From a virus (Duplodnaviria > Caudoviricetes), in IMG/VR virus record IMGVR_UViG_3300014326_000001, positions 9,088 to 73,087 of that record: a stretch of DNA of 64,000 nt. One strand, 5' to 3'. A program made the position numbers and the translations under genes. Shown one piece after another: positions 35,963-46,218 of this stretch. Below the pieces are notes generated by a model that saw nothing but the letters and a program-made list of their open reading frames with translations, was not told the DNA's origin and did not search any database. How positions within the stretch are numbered: position 1 is the first letter of the stretch; each line of letters begins with the position of its first letter.

Positions 35963-36691
35963 ATGACCGTTGAATATCTTACCGTAAATTATCTCTCGAC
36001 TGAAGACCTGATTAGATTTTTCTCCAAAGTTAGTATTATTCCGTCTGTTACATGGAATGGAACGGCTTGTTGGAACTGGAAAGCAAGTCGAGGGCGTAAG
36101 GGCTACGGGGTGTTTTGGCACGGTAAACACCAAAAAGCTCATCGCTTCACGTTCGCGTGGACTATCCACCCGCTGCCCGTAGGTCAGGCGTTGGGCGAAA
36201 TCGATCACTTGTGCGCAAATAAATCTTGCTGCAACCCTGTACATTTGGAATTCGTAGATGGCCCTGAGAATGCCCGCAGAGCAGCAGAAGCAAGAGCGGG
36301 CTGCAAGCATGGACACTTGTGGACACCTGAAAATACTGGTTACAGAAACGGAAAACGCTATTGCCTTACGTGCGCCAATCGTCCGCGATATAAAAAGCTG
36401 ACTAAAGAGCAGCGAGAAAGAGCGAACGCACTTCAAAACGCAAGACGCGATGCCAGCAAGGACGCCTACAACGCGCAGGCCCGTGCGTATAACGCTACGC
36501 GCCGTGACATTATTAACCAGCGTACAAGAGAATCTCGTGCCGCCAATCGATCTGCCTATAACGCGAAGGCTGCTAAATGGCGACAAGCAAACCGAGAAAA
36601 GATTAACGCTCGCCAGAGAGCAGCCCGCGCTGCTAACCCTGAGGGCTATAAGGCTACCAATAAGAAGCACAATGATCGTAGGCATAAATAA
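35963..36691 (+). CDS. HNH endonuclease (antisense insertion)
   Basis: RFFSKV...CWNW...GYG...AHR...IDHLCANKSCCNPVHLE; CKHGH...CLTC; basic helical tail. Confidence 0.9.
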   Translation: MTVEYLTVNYLSTEDLIRFFSKVSIIPSVTWNGTACWNWKASRGRKGYGVFWHGKHQKAHRFTFAWTIHPLPVGQALGEIDHLCANKSCCNPVHLEFVDGPENARRAAEARAGCKHGHLWTPENTGYRNGKRYCLTCANRPRYKKLTKEQRERANALQNARRDASKDAYNAQARAYNATRRDIINQRTRESRAANRSAYNAKAAKWRQANREKINARQRAARAANPEGYKATNKKHNDRRHK

Positions 36692-38833
36692 TTAGCGACG
36701 ACAGCCAATCTCAGCGGCCTCGATAGCTATCTCATCCACACGGTCAAGTTCTCCTGAACCTGAAAATTGACCTTCTATCTGAATCGTGCTTACATTTAGG
36801 TTGCTGCAATTAACTTGAAATTGCGCCCCGTAAGCAACTCCCGCCGTATTAGGCAACGCGATTGCTCCCGTCAGACTCGATGCGTTTCCTGCTTCCAACG
36901 CAACAACATCCACGACTTGCGTAGGTTGCGCTCCAAACACTCCAAACGTTCCTACCGTTGTATCTCCGGTAATCCGAACTCGCTTGACGCAATGTGAACG
37001 AAGCTCTACACCATTGTCAGAAAATGGAGCAGCCATAGCCCAATCTACCTGCGTTCCCGCAACTTGATCGAATCGTAGCGTTTGAATCTCCACTGTGTTA
37101 TTAGCTAATCGCCCCCCACAAAGAAACTCCAAATATCCACCAACCGTAGCCACCCCTGAAACAATTTGGTCGCGAGTGGATGAAGACAAGACCACTTCCC
37201 CTAGCCACTCATTTTGCCGAAGTCCAAACACGAGAATCTTTGTCGTCCAAAAACCGTCATCATTTAATTTGTCGGCTGAATGGAAATAACAGATTGCGTC
37301 GTTAGTCGGATCGTGCCCTATTAACACGTTGCCAAGATTCCATTCGTCGGTAATAGCCTGAACAGGGGCAGCAAATCCTCTATCGGGGGAAACGTCAGCA
37401 TTGCTCTGCGAAATGAATTGCGCTTCAACTCTCGCTGGCCCACCAACACTAAACAGGTAAATAGACTCATTAGCGATAACAACCTGATGCGGGGTAGCGA
37501 ATCCAGCCCGCAGGAATGGCTGAATAATTATCGGCACTACATCGCTCGGCGTTCCCTGCGCAATCTGGAGATGATTCGGGGTAAGCAAGTACAATCTTCC
37601 AGATGCGGAGACTGCCCCAAGAATCACTTCTGGAGGCGAAGATGAAAACGCTACATTGGTCGGCGCGGCCTCAATGTTCCCCGGCTTGGCTGGGAAAATA
37701 AATGGCCCCGGCGAAGTCGAAAGTACGGAGGACGAATATCCCGGCCCTTCACAGCTAATCCACACGGGCACGTTATTTAGCAGCAACACAAAAACAGCGT
37801 CGGGGGGCGGATCGTCGGGAACGGCAAAGTTGACTATCGGGTTTCTTTCCACTTCTGCATCAAGCCACTCAATGTCAAAGTCTCCCCCAGCGGGACTTAC
37901 CTGAGTGCTATCGACAGTTATGTAGTTGAACCACGGGCCTTCTAAGTAGTTAAGATCGGCACCCAAAGAAGCAGAGAAGGTTGTAACAGACACAAGCCAA
38001 CCATCCTGTAAATGCGCTGTATCCATTGCGGGAAAAGTGATTCGCACCATGTCATCGTCGGCAATGGTTACATCTGCGCGAAGCGAAGGAAGATTGAATC
38101 CTTGCGTTTGAGTCTTGGAGGGCTGAATGACTATTGAATAATTACCCGCCTGCATTCCTTTGGTTCCGCCGCTGACTGCCGCAAGTGACGGAGCGGGAGG
38201 CGTATCCATCCCCAACGGGGAACTAGCATAAATACCCGTATTTGGATCGAAGATGGAAATCTGAGGCTCACGAGTGGGAGTCAAACTAAGAGTGATTAAC
38301 TGCCCGTTCAGATAGAACGCTCCGCTTCCAACTGAAAGCAGTGTTCCCTTGTCGAATCGGAGCACGTTGCCCCAAAGCAGTGAGCCTCTTTGCGTGTCCA
38401 CAGGGAAAAGAATTGGCAGTCTCCATCCCTGCTCACCTGAAACTGTTCCAGTAAATGTTGGTGCTTGCCATGCGATAAACGACGTGTCAGAAACAATCCG
38501 TTGAACCACTAAGAGAAAGGCGCGATTGTCCCCGTCATCTACGACCAAGACTGATTGACCCAGATTGAGTTCAGTAATGAAGGACGTTCCCGCTCCGGTT
38601 ACAGTGGTTGAGCCTGAAGTGAGAGACACTGTTCCGGTTAGAGCGATAGAAGGAATGTTCTCTGAAAGATTTAGTGAACCTGCGTAACACTCTCCGTAAT
38701 TGTACGGAGCTTCGCCACGAATCAAGAAATTCTTAGCGCGGAAAAGTGCGTCATTGGACGTTGATCCTGATCTCGGTTGAGTTGGCTGAAATCGCGTAGG
38801 ACGGATGGTTCTAGTTGGAAGATTGGTTCCCAC
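36692..38833 (-). CDS. tail nozzle / stabilisation protein (P22 gp10 or T7 gp12-like)
   Basis: 713 aa, beta-rich, follows the adaptor genes. Confidence 0.7.
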   Translation of the reverse strand: MGTNLPTRTIRPTRFQPTQPRSGSTSNDALFRAKNFLIRGEAPYNYGECYAGSLNLSENIPSIALTGTVSLTSGSTTVTGAGTSFITELNLGQSVLVVDDGDNRAFLLVVQRIVSDTSFIAWQAPTFTGTVSGEQGWRLPILFPVDTQRGSLLWGNVLRFDKGTLLSVGSGAFYLNGQLITLSLTPTREPQISIFDPNTGIYASSPLGMDTPPAPSLAAVSGGTKGMQAGNYSIVIQPSKTQTQGFNLPSLRADVTIADDDMVRITFPAMDTAHLQDGWLVSVTTFSASLGADLNYLEGPWFNYITVDSTQVSPAGGDFDIEWLDAEVERNPIVNFAVPDDPPPDAVFVLLLNNVPVWISCEGPGYSSSVLSTSPGPFIFPAKPGNIEAAPTNVAFSSSPPEVILGAVSASGRLYLLTPNHLQIAQGTPSDVVPIIIQPFLRAGFATPHQVVIANESIYLFSVGGPARVEAQFISQSNADVSPDRGFAAPVQAITDEWNLGNVLIGHDPTNDAICYFHSADKLNDDGFWTTKILVFGLRQNEWLGEVVLSSSTRDQIVSGVATVGGYLEFLCGGRLANNTVEIQTLRFDQVAGTQVDWAMAAPFSDNGVELRSHCVKRVRITGDTTVGTFGVFGAQPTQVVDVVALEAGNASSLTGAIALPNTAGVAYGAQFQVNCSNLNVSTIQIEGQFSGSGELDRVDEIAIEAAEIGCRR

Positions 38834-38836
38834 AAT

Positions 38837-39439
38837 TTACGCTGCCGCCTGAGTCGCTCGACTAGTTATTGCCCCGCGTAACGCTTCGGCCAAAGCCTCC
38901 ACGATGTCTGAGGTTACTTCTGATGAAACATCTAGCGCGTCGCTTGCCGACGCTGGAATTTCTGGAACGCTTGGAACCGTCAATTCAATCGTCCCTGAAA
39001 ACCCACTGCTAGGATCGTATTCTTCGTTAGCTGGGAGATAGTGAAAATCCAAGTCTCCCTTAACGCAGTAAATATTCAACTGAATTTGCCAAGCGTCTCT
39101 AGGTTGAACGTAATCAAACCACTCTCCGCAGAACGACTGTGCTTGAGCTACAGTTACATCGTCAGGGTCGTCAATCGAGCTATTCACCATGCAAGAGGTC
39201 AGAACCGTTTCTGGTAATACGGCGACTCCGTTTGTTACCGTTAGAGAGTGCGTGCGCCTTAGAAGCGACTGTTTGCGACGTTCGCCCGTTCCCGCGTAAC
39301 CTTCTGCGACGGCTTGGAAGACAGACGGAACCAACGCTTCCATGATCGTTGTAGCGTCGTCTAAATTAGGCGCAACATTAGCATCCAAGCCCCGCAAGGC
39401 TTGGAAGTAGCTCACACTCAACATCTCTTCGTAGGTCAT
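38837..39439 (-). CDS. head-tail adaptor-like protein
   Basis: Position and P.IP...DAL motif shared with neighbours. Confidence 0.6.
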   Translation of the reverse strand: MTYEEMLSVSYFQALRGLDANVAPNLDDATTIMEALVPSVFQAVAEGYAGTGERRKQSLLRRTHSLTVTNGVAVLPETVLTSCMVNSSIDDPDDVTVAQAQSFCGEWFDYVQPRDAWQIQLNIYCVKGDLDFHYLPANEEYDPSSGFSGTIELTVPSVPEIPASASDALDVSSEVTSDIVEALAEALRGAITSRATQAAA

Positions 39440-40140
39440 GCCGCTGCCGCCATTACGGGTTGAAATTTAGCTAGCCACTGGTCGGAAATCGCGCCGAACG
39501 AGTTTGCCTGCTGAATAAATTCGTCGTCGCGGAAGGCTTGCCGTAAGCCTTCATCGACTAATGCCGCCTCCAAGTCGTCAGCTAACAGCATGGTATCGTT
39601 GGCTATAATTGCTGCTCGCTGCGCTGACTCGTCATACTTACAAACCTCAATGATTACATTCGTGCGCGTGTGATAGACCGTAGCCCCGTTGATGTTGTAC
39701 CAGTATGCCGCCGACTTGAAAAAGCTCCCCGCGTTTGCTGACCTGATAGTCACTTCTCTTAGCGGTCTCTTGACGCACGGAGTTCCATCTGATGAGTCGT
39801 AAACACTGCCGGGGATACCTACTACCGGAACGCCTGTAGATGTATTCGTTGGTAACGCTGTTCGGTTAGCTATCGCGCTCGTTAACCCGCGAAGGTATGA
39901 GCGATAAGGGTGCGCAGAATTCGCAATGGCATTTACAAATCTGCCTTCTGCCAGTAACACTAAATCGACAATGGACGTAAACGGGAAGATCGGGGAATTC
40001 ACTTCTGAGTCGGTTAGCGGAGTTACGGTGTAGGCGGTCTCTAGCTGTGCCGCAGTAGTTCCAAGTACCGCGTTAATTCTAAGGGCTATCTGGCGCAAGA
40101 TGGCGTCGTATTCGACTGACATCACGACCATCCTCCCCAC
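39436..40140 (-). CDS. head-tail adaptor-like protein
   Basis: Position; LEAALVDEGL helix near the C-terminus. Confidence 0.6.
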   Translation of the reverse strand: MGRMVVMSVEYDAILRQIALRINAVLGTTAAQLETAYTVTPLTDSEVNSPIFPFTSIVDLVLLAEGRFVNAIANSAHPYRSYLRGLTSAIANRTALPTNTSTGVPVVGIPGSVYDSSDGTPCVKRPLREVTIRSANAGSFFKSAAYWYNINGATVYHTRTNVIIEVCKYDESAQRAAIIANDTMLLADDLEAALVDEGLRQAFRDDEFIQQANSFGAISDQWLAKFQPVMAAAA

Positions 40141-40892
40141 GCGCCGTTACCACCATCTAAGGAACCAACGCGAATGCCCATGTGATCCTCGACCGTGTTT
40201 CTTATGTACCTCAGCCATCCGTCGCTAATTCTCGCCTCGTCGTTTTTAAGAGCTTCGGCAATTTCTCGACGGTGCGCCATGTTGTACTTTTGGTCGCTGC
40301 TGTCCCATTGGCACGACGGAAGGATTGACAACGCCCCCCACGTTTCCACAAGAGAATGAAACTGGCTCAACACGGGCGAGTCTTGAATCGCTGCGGTACT
40401 CGACCAATCAGAACTGGCAAAAGTTACTAAATAACTAGCCCCCAAATTCGGCATCGGCAACACCCGCACCCAACGCGAACCATCATCACGAAAGTAAAAA
40501 GCCATTCGCATTGCCGTGTTTGGGCTACCATCAGTGAACATATAGTTCGCCACGTTTACGGGATAACCCCAATCAAAATTCATGTCGGCTATTTCGACAA
40601 ATTCAATCGACCTTTGAGGAATCGAGAGATTTTGGGGATAGTACGTTAGAACTTGAATTGGCTTTCCGTAACTAGAGTCCACCGCGAGTAGAAAATCCTG
40701 CGTGGTAGGCGTTACTTGGAGAAGGTAATCCGGCTTGAGACTCCACGGCTGTCCGGTGGATTCTAGCTGGGTATAAAACGATTGGAGGGCTTCAAATGCG
40801 GCCTGAGTTACCCGACGACCGCTGGGCTTGTTAGGCAGCGGTTCGTCGGTTAACAGTCGAATATTGCTACAAATCTGCTGCACACTTGGCAA
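40122..40892 (-). CDS. head-tail adaptor-like protein
   Basis: G.P...YY...RVLP.PN...Y...P...H.LV..GA pattern. Confidence 0.65.
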   Translation of the reverse strand: MPSVQQICSNIRLLTDEPLPNKPSGRRVTQAAFEALQSFYTQLESTGQPWSLKPDYLLQVTPTTQDFLLAVDSSYGKPIQVLTYYPQNLSIPQRSIEFVEIADMNFDWGYPVNVANYMFTDGSPNTAMRMAFYFRDDGSRWVRVLPMPNLGASYLVTFASSDWSSTAAIQDSPVLSQFHSLVETWGALSILPSCQWDSSDQKYNMAHRREIAEALKNDEARISDGWLRYIRNTVEDHMGIRVGSLDGGNGAWGGWS

Positions 40893-40903
40893 CTATCATT
40901 CTC

Positions 40904-41989
40904 CTACTCACTCGGAGTTTCAGGGTTCATGGCTTCACATGCTCGTTCGTGAGCTTTCTTTCCCGCCAACGTGGGAGATGTTCGCCCACATCCGTCACAA
41001 CTGAAAACTTCCGCTTCTGACTGCGCCTCGGACTGCGCGGCCAATACCTGAGCTTCCAGTTCAGCAATGCGTTCTGCGTCAGCCTTCCGCGCCGCTGCAA
41101 GTCGGTCGTCCATGCGTCTCTCAATCATCTCCATGTCCGCCGCGCTCATTCCTTGTGAAACTTGCGGGATCGCATTCTGGGCGGTAAACATCTTTGCCAA
41201 TTCCTGCATCGGCTGATCCTGCCGGGGGATTTCCAGTTGCTCGATGAGCATTTCACACACAGGAGAATACGAATAGCTCCATCCACCTTGCCATTCTCCG
41301 ACGTGCCCTGTCTTTAACAAGCCGTGCTCGACGCCAACTTGTCGCATTGCCCAAACACGAAATTCATTGCACATTCTCAAGGCGTCAGCCCTGTATTTCC
41401 CGAAGTCAATCCGTGAATCGGTGACTACCGCTGACTTGATTTGATCTTCCAAACCTCGCAAAGTTTTCTCAACCCCGTCGCCAAACATGGCGGTTTCGAT
41501 CACGTCAAGAATTCCGTTGTTGTCGGGCGTATGACACTCTTCCCACGACTTGCCTTGAAGTACAGAAATCTCGTCCATGCCCTTACGGATCGGGTTCATG
41601 GAATAACGTCGCAGGATTCTCAACCCATCACCGGGATACACAGGAACAAAACCAAACTTGTTCTTTACCGCTTCAGGGTTCAAGGGGATTCCCTGCCACG
41701 CTACAGCCTGAAGATCGCCCAAGTGCTGCATTGGAATCGGCTCGCCGCCCATTTCCAGAATCGTTGCGCGACCACGGGGAACAAACCCTCTTCCGTATCT
41801 TTGCAAACAAGGATTCGGAGTCTCTTCGCCGCCTACCTGAAGCCACGAGATTTCAGACTTTCGTTCAGGCACAATCAAGTCGCCGGGGAAGAACACCCAA
41901 CGAGTAACATTCGCTCCAACTACACGAGTATCAAAGAATCCAACTGAATCAAAAATCTCTGGCTTTGTCTGTTCGAGTACTTGCGACAT
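40904..41989 (-). CDS. hypothetical protein with C-terminal C2HC Zn finger
   Basis: AGAAAGG RBS before ATG 41989; CDGCG...HERAC. Confidence 0.75.
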   Translation of the reverse strand: MSQVLEQTKPEIFDSVGFFDTRVVGANVTRWVFFPGDLIVPERKSEISWLQVGGEETPNPCLQRYGRGFVPRGRATILEMGGEPIPMQHLGDLQAVAWQGIPLNPEAVKNKFGFVPVYPGDGLRILRRYSMNPIRKGMDEISVLQGKSWEECHTPDNNGILDVIETAMFGDGVEKTLRGLEDQIKSAVVTDSRIDFGKYRADALRMCNEFRVWAMRQVGVEHGLLKTGHVGEWQGGWSYSYSPVCEMLIEQLEIPRQDQPMQELAKMFTAQNAIPQVSQGMSAADMEMIERRMDDRLAAARKADAERIAELEAQVLAAQSEAQSEAEVFSCDGCGRTSPTLAGKKAHERACEAMNPETPSE

Positions 41990-41999
41990 AAGAACCTTT

Positions 42000-42188
42000 C
42001 TATTCAAACGTTTGTTTACCTTCCGGCCATACATAAGCTGGATAGGATGGAATTGGCGGCTCAACTATATCGAACGTGCCATAAAGATAATCTGCGATCA
42101 GCGTTCCAATTACTACACGAGCAGAAACACCAAATCGCGCTTCACTGCGACCTAAAAGCTCAATCTCATTGACTAATCGCTCAAGCAT
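42000..42188 (-). CDS. 62-aa hypothetical protein
   Basis: Start overlaps the upstream stop; fills the gap. Confidence 0.5.
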   Translation of the reverse strand: MLERLVNEIELLGRSEARFGVSARVVIGTLIADYLYGTFDIVEPPIPSYPAYVWPEGKQTFE

Positions 42189-43029
42189 AAATTTGGACTA
42201 GATTCGGACGGTGCGCTTTCTTGATTTCCGCCAATTCGCCTCGTTTCTGAACTTCTCTGTCTCGAATCATCTGAAGTCCCCATGTTTTTGCTTGCTCTAA
42301 CTGAACGGGGTCAAGATCAGGTCGAACGTTAGGATTCGTTGCCGCATCCTTTTCTCGACGCGCTACTGTTCGTCTTAGGCGGTTAAGTTCCCGATCACCG
42401 GGAGTCGCGTAAGTTCCGTAGCAAATCTCGCCTAAGTCTCTTGCTTCTTTACAGCACGTCAACGTATGGTCGGCAATGATTCCGATGTAAGGGAGTAGGT
42501 TGTACCAACCCTCTCGCGGTACTTCTCCGCAAACATCTTGATTAACAGTCGCCGACTCTGTGATCTCAGAACAGAAACGACAAACAAGCATATGTCCCTC
42601 AGACTGGTCAACGCTGATCCATTTGAACGATTTGCAATAACGACAAATCGTGGGAGGTGTTTCCGTAACCACCTTCCGATAGCGTGTTAACTCCCAGCTT
42701 TGAGCAATCGCTTCTGGCTCAAATCTCTCTTCCAGAACCCACCTTGGAGGAGAGATGTCTACATAGTCGTCATCCCCAATATCAATGGAGACCGCACGGT
42801 AGATTTGCCGCCATTCTCCCGCCGTGGCATTGCCCGCAAAATCCCACGCGGTATTCTCATATCTTCGACAATCCCACGCCCACTTTAAGCGAACGATAGG
42901 ATGCCCCGAAGGGCTGACGCCAAGAATTTTGTTAAGTTTCCGCTGAAAAGAAGGAACATCAAACGACGGAGACTTATAAACACCAGCGTCAGCCCATTTC
43001 GAGGGGTTGTTGTACGCGTCGTGATCCAT
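42181..43029 (-). CDS. hypothetical protein with Zn-ribbon insert
   Basis: 282 aa; CRYC...CRFC. Confidence 0.8.
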   Translation of the reverse strand: MDHDAYNNPSKWADAGVYKSPSFDVPSFQRKLNKILGVSPSGHPIVRLKWAWDCRRYENTAWDFAGNATAGEWRQIYRAVSIDIGDDDYVDISPPRWVLEERFEPEAIAQSWELTRYRKVVTETPPTICRYCKSFKWISVDQSEGHMLVCRFCSEITESATVNQDVCGEVPREGWYNLLPYIGIIADHTLTCCKEARDLGEICYGTYATPGDRELNRLRRTVARREKDAATNPNVRPDLDPVQLEQAKTWGLQMIRDREVQKRGELAEIKKAHRPNLVQIYA

Positions 43030-43032
43030 TGA

Positions 43033-43371
43033 CTACGAAGCGGTCTTCCCTCCGATGACCATCCACGTATTGCTGGACGGAGCGCCGTAGCGAATGCACA
43101 GTGCGGTACACCCGCCATCGACTATCTGATAGTCCTGCGTGCCGATTACGACGGTACACGATGTCCGTTGCGTGGTTCCATCGATGGAAGTCACAATCAC
43201 CGGAGAGTTGCTTGTTGCCGTCAGCGTGATTGCCAATGAATTAGCCCCGCAGATCACGATGTCATCGGTCGCAAGCACCGAATAACTCGTAGACGGATTT
43301 TGTACTACTGCGTTAGGGCCAAAACAATTCGCGCTGACAATAAAGGGGTCGGTTGTGTTGTGTGTTGCCAT
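43033..43371 (-). CDS. capsid decoration-like protein
   Basis: Directly after the major capsid gene; AAGGAG RBS; beta-rich. Confidence 0.6.
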   Translation of the reverse strand: MATHNTTDPFIVSANCFGPNAVVQNPSTSYSVLATDDIVICGANSLAITLTATSNSPVIVTSIDGTTQRTSCTVVIGTQDYQIVDGGCTALCIRYGAPSSNTWMVIGGKTAS

Positions 43372-43382
43372 CTATCTTCTCC

Positions 43383-44660
43383 TTATAGGCCAGCGGAAAC
43401 CTGTGTGGCAAAAGGAAGCTGACTTCTCTTAATGAAGGCAGACCCTCTTCCAGATAAAGTGGCGGGATTCCCCTTCCACCCCAAGGCTTTTTGGTAATTA
43501 TCCGAACCAGTTTGGTTTGCGCCCAGCAGCATACGCATCTCTAGTCCGTCCCGATTGTACGGGCCGAACGGTTTCATCTCGTAGATTTTGTAGTCGCTGG
43601 TCTTGGCGAAGTAAACGCGATCTTCGTCCATGTCGGCGTCACAGATAAAGCGAGTGTCGCCATCCGTATAATCACCCTGAACGCCCTTCATCGTGTCCGA
43701 TCCGGCGTCTTCGCGGAGGTAATAGCCAAGGTTGTAGCCTTGCTTGCGAATCGTTGAGTACTGACCGGGGGTGATGAAAGCGGTCAAGTTGTTCTTGGCT
43801 TCCAGTTGGTTGTTGCGAGTCTGAAGCAACGCCTTCGCGTTCTCAATGGCCGCAGGGGTCAAGAGAGCGCCCGCAAGGTCTACCACAGGGGCGTTCAAGT
43901 CGGTATAAACCGACGTGTCGAGTCCCTGAAGCACGCGGTTCTGGTCACTAATAAGCCAGCCAAGCCCACGCATTGCCAACTGGTAAGAACCTTGAATCAC
44001 AATCGGGTCGCCGCTGGAAATAGTTCCAGAGAGAACGTTGATCGTGCAGGAGCTTGTTCCGGCAGTTGTGACAACGAACGTTCCACGTACCGCGCCCGTC
44101 GAGGCGTTGATACCCTGATACGTTTCGCCTTCCCACAGCCACATCGTTCCCTTGGTCTGGCCGGGAGTAGTCGCGGCGGTAGTGGTTCCGGTAAGCGATT
44201 GTGAACCAAGAACGGTCGTCGTGGTTGCCGAGTAAGCCACGGCAGCGTTGCCAGTTCCGTAGAAATACTGGTTCATTCTCTTACGGAAGGTCTCGGTATA
44301 CTGCACCATGATCTGATCGTAAGAGTTAACGTTGTCTTCGGTGTCATTCTCCATCGACTCGATGGAAGAGTTAGCCCAAATCATCGGCCATGCGCTCATG
44401 GTCGGATAAACCCACATTGAAACAGTCTGTGGGCCATTGGCTTGATTGAAGTCTGAGTTGTCCGGCGTGAACCATGTCATGCCAGTGGGACGACGGGCGT
44501 AGTCAGGAAGGCGATAACCCTTGGATGTAAGTTTCGGCTTGTCCACCGCTTTTCCAAAAGCTCTCATGCCCGGATCATTGTTCTCGTAAAACATCCGAAC
44601 ATCCTTCTCAACCGCCTGCCGTTTTAGGTCGGTAATCTGGTCAAATTGTACGGCTCCCAT
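43383..44660 (-). CDS. major capsid protein
   Basis: 425 aa after the scaffold; GLGWLI and D..LT...I motifs of the HK97 fold; GAGGAG RBS. Confidence 0.85.
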   Translation of the reverse strand: MGAVQFDQITDLKRQAVEKDVRMFYENNDPGMRAFGKAVDKPKLTSKGYRLPDYARRPTGMTWFTPDNSDFNQANGPQTVSMWVYPTMSAWPMIWANSSIESMENDTEDNVNSYDQIMVQYTETFRKRMNQYFYGTGNAAVAYSATTTTVLGSQSLTGTTTAATTPGQTKGTMWLWEGETYQGINASTGAVRGTFVVTTAGTSSCTINVLSGTISSGDPIVIQGSYQLAMRGLGWLISDQNRVLQGLDTSVYTDLNAPVVDLAGALLTPAAIENAKALLQTRNNQLEAKNNLTAFITPGQYSTIRKQGYNLGYYLREDAGSDTMKGVQGDYTDGDTRFICDADMDEDRVYFAKTSDYKIYEMKPFGPYNRDGLEMRMLLGANQTGSDNYQKALGWKGNPATLSGRGSAFIKRSQLPFATQVSAGL

Positions 44661-44672
44661 TAAATTCTCCTC

Positions 44673-46115
44673 TTAACCGCCATACGCAGAAGCGTTTGTC
44701 AAGCTGTACTCTTTATCAACCTTACGATTGAACGCGTAGTACTCCTGTGAGCCTATCGGGTGAGGATTCTGCGAGTAGGGGTTTTGAAGCCCTTGCTGCG
44801 CTTGTCCCGTTCCGGAAGGCACAAACCGCGCCTGCGCCGCCGCCAACTGACTTCCTTGCTGCGCCGCTGCCGTAGCCGCCCTCTCACCGCTCGCCTTTGC
44901 TAGTCTCAGAGCGTAGTCGTTCACTTTGGCGAGAATCTGTTGCTTGGCTGCGGTGGACTCTGATAAAGCCCGCGCTGCCTGCATCTTGTCTCCCATAGCT
45001 TCAAACTGCTTGTAAGCTGCCCTGCGATCACTCCAGCGATTTGCCAATTCATCAAACCCGTTCGGTTCTACACCCACTGCTTTGAGGGCTTTTACCGCCA
45101 TCTCCCGATAAACAGGGAAGGGACTTTGTAGGTTTCCAATCAGGGAAAGAATCTTGGTGTGTTCAAGTTCGTTTACGGTCGGGTCACTTGAGAAAGTAAA
45201 TTGCGACGAAAGATGTTGGTGAATGGAGTCGCGTATGCTCGCAGTCTCGGAAACTTGATCCTGTTCGATTGTCTGCGCCAAGTCGGACTGAAACTTGGTT
45301 TCGGCGGCTTCTTGTGCCGCTTTCTGCCGTTCCGTCTGCTCTTGCTCAAACTTTTCGGTGGCTAAAGCACGTTGAGCGTTCCGAAGCACCTCATCTGCAA
45401 CAAGTGGCTTTTGCGCCAGCATGTCGAGCAGGTCTTCTCGCGCATCTTGAGACATTGACTTGAATGCCTCATGGTACTTTTCAGGAACTTTTCCGAGGTC
45501 TTCTGCTGTTACGACCCCCGAAGCACGTAACTTGTCGATGTTGCGATAGTCGTCTATTCGATCTGGATCAAGCCCATGTGATCGGTACAATTCCCTTACT
45601 ACCGTACTTGGATTTCCATTTGCGTCAGGGACTGTAATTACTAGGGCATCAGCAAATATCTGATCCAAAGTCCCCGGCGATTCGGCCTCTAACCTTTCAA
45701 GAAACGGCCTAGATGTGAATCCACTTGGATTCTCGGCAGAAGGAGTGTGAATAGACGAAACAAGCTCATAAGAAGACTTTGCAATGGTCGGATCGCCGAT
45801 TGACTCGGCAACTTCCTTCCACGGCTCTAACGGCTTGTAGCTATCTAATCTTGAGTTACGTTCGCGCAACTCCGACCGCATTTGAATGATGGCTTGTACT
45901 TGAGGATCGTTCTCCTTGCCCTTGAGATCGTCGTCGTTCTCAGGAACTTGGAAGGCAGCCTCAGCCTGCCCAGCCTTATCATCCGTGGTTGGAGCTTGCT
46001 CCGCAGTCTGCGGGGCTTCTTCACCTAAATTGGCAACCGGAGCATTGCCCGCTTCTGGAGAAGCGTCGATAGCAGGAGAAGAGCTATCAATTACATCCGT
46101 GGTTATTTCATCCAT
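44673..46115 (-). CDS. capsid scaffolding protein
   Basis: Acidic disordered N-terminus, helical body; between portal and capsid. Confidence 0.75.
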   Translation of the reverse strand: MDEITTDVIDSSSPAIDASPEAGNAPVANLGEEAPQTAEQAPTTDDKAGQAEAAFQVPENDDDLKGKENDPQVQAIIQMRSELRERNSRLDSYKPLEPWKEVAESIGDPTIAKSSYELVSSIHTPSAENPSGFTSRPFLERLEAESPGTLDQIFADALVITVPDANGNPSTVVRELYRSHGLDPDRIDDYRNIDKLRASGVVTAEDLGKVPEKYHEAFKSMSQDAREDLLDMLAQKPLVADEVLRNAQRALATEKFEQEQTERQKAAQEAAETKFQSDLAQTIEQDQVSETASIRDSIHQHLSSQFTFSSDPTVNELEHTKILSLIGNLQSPFPVYREMAVKALKAVGVEPNGFDELANRWSDRRAAYKQFEAMGDKMQAARALSESTAAKQQILAKVNDYALRLAKASGERAATAAAQQGSQLAAAQARFVPSGTGQAQQGLQNPYSQNPHPIGSQEYYAFNRKVDKEYSLTNASAYGG

Positions 46116-46125
46116 ACTTGGGGGC

Positions 46126-46203
46126 AATAAAAATGCCTGATTACAACCCCAGAGGCTTTCGCTATCTGGAACTCTAATCAGGCAGGTCAACTACTTGGTT
46201 GAC
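46126..46203 (-). promoter_or_regulatory. structured leader/terminator before the scaffold gene
   Basis: TGCCTGATTA/TAATCAGGCA stem, inner CCAGA/TCTGG and GC-GAAA-GC, then a U tract. Confidence 0.65.
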
Positions 46204-46218
46204 TATGCTATTCGGTTG

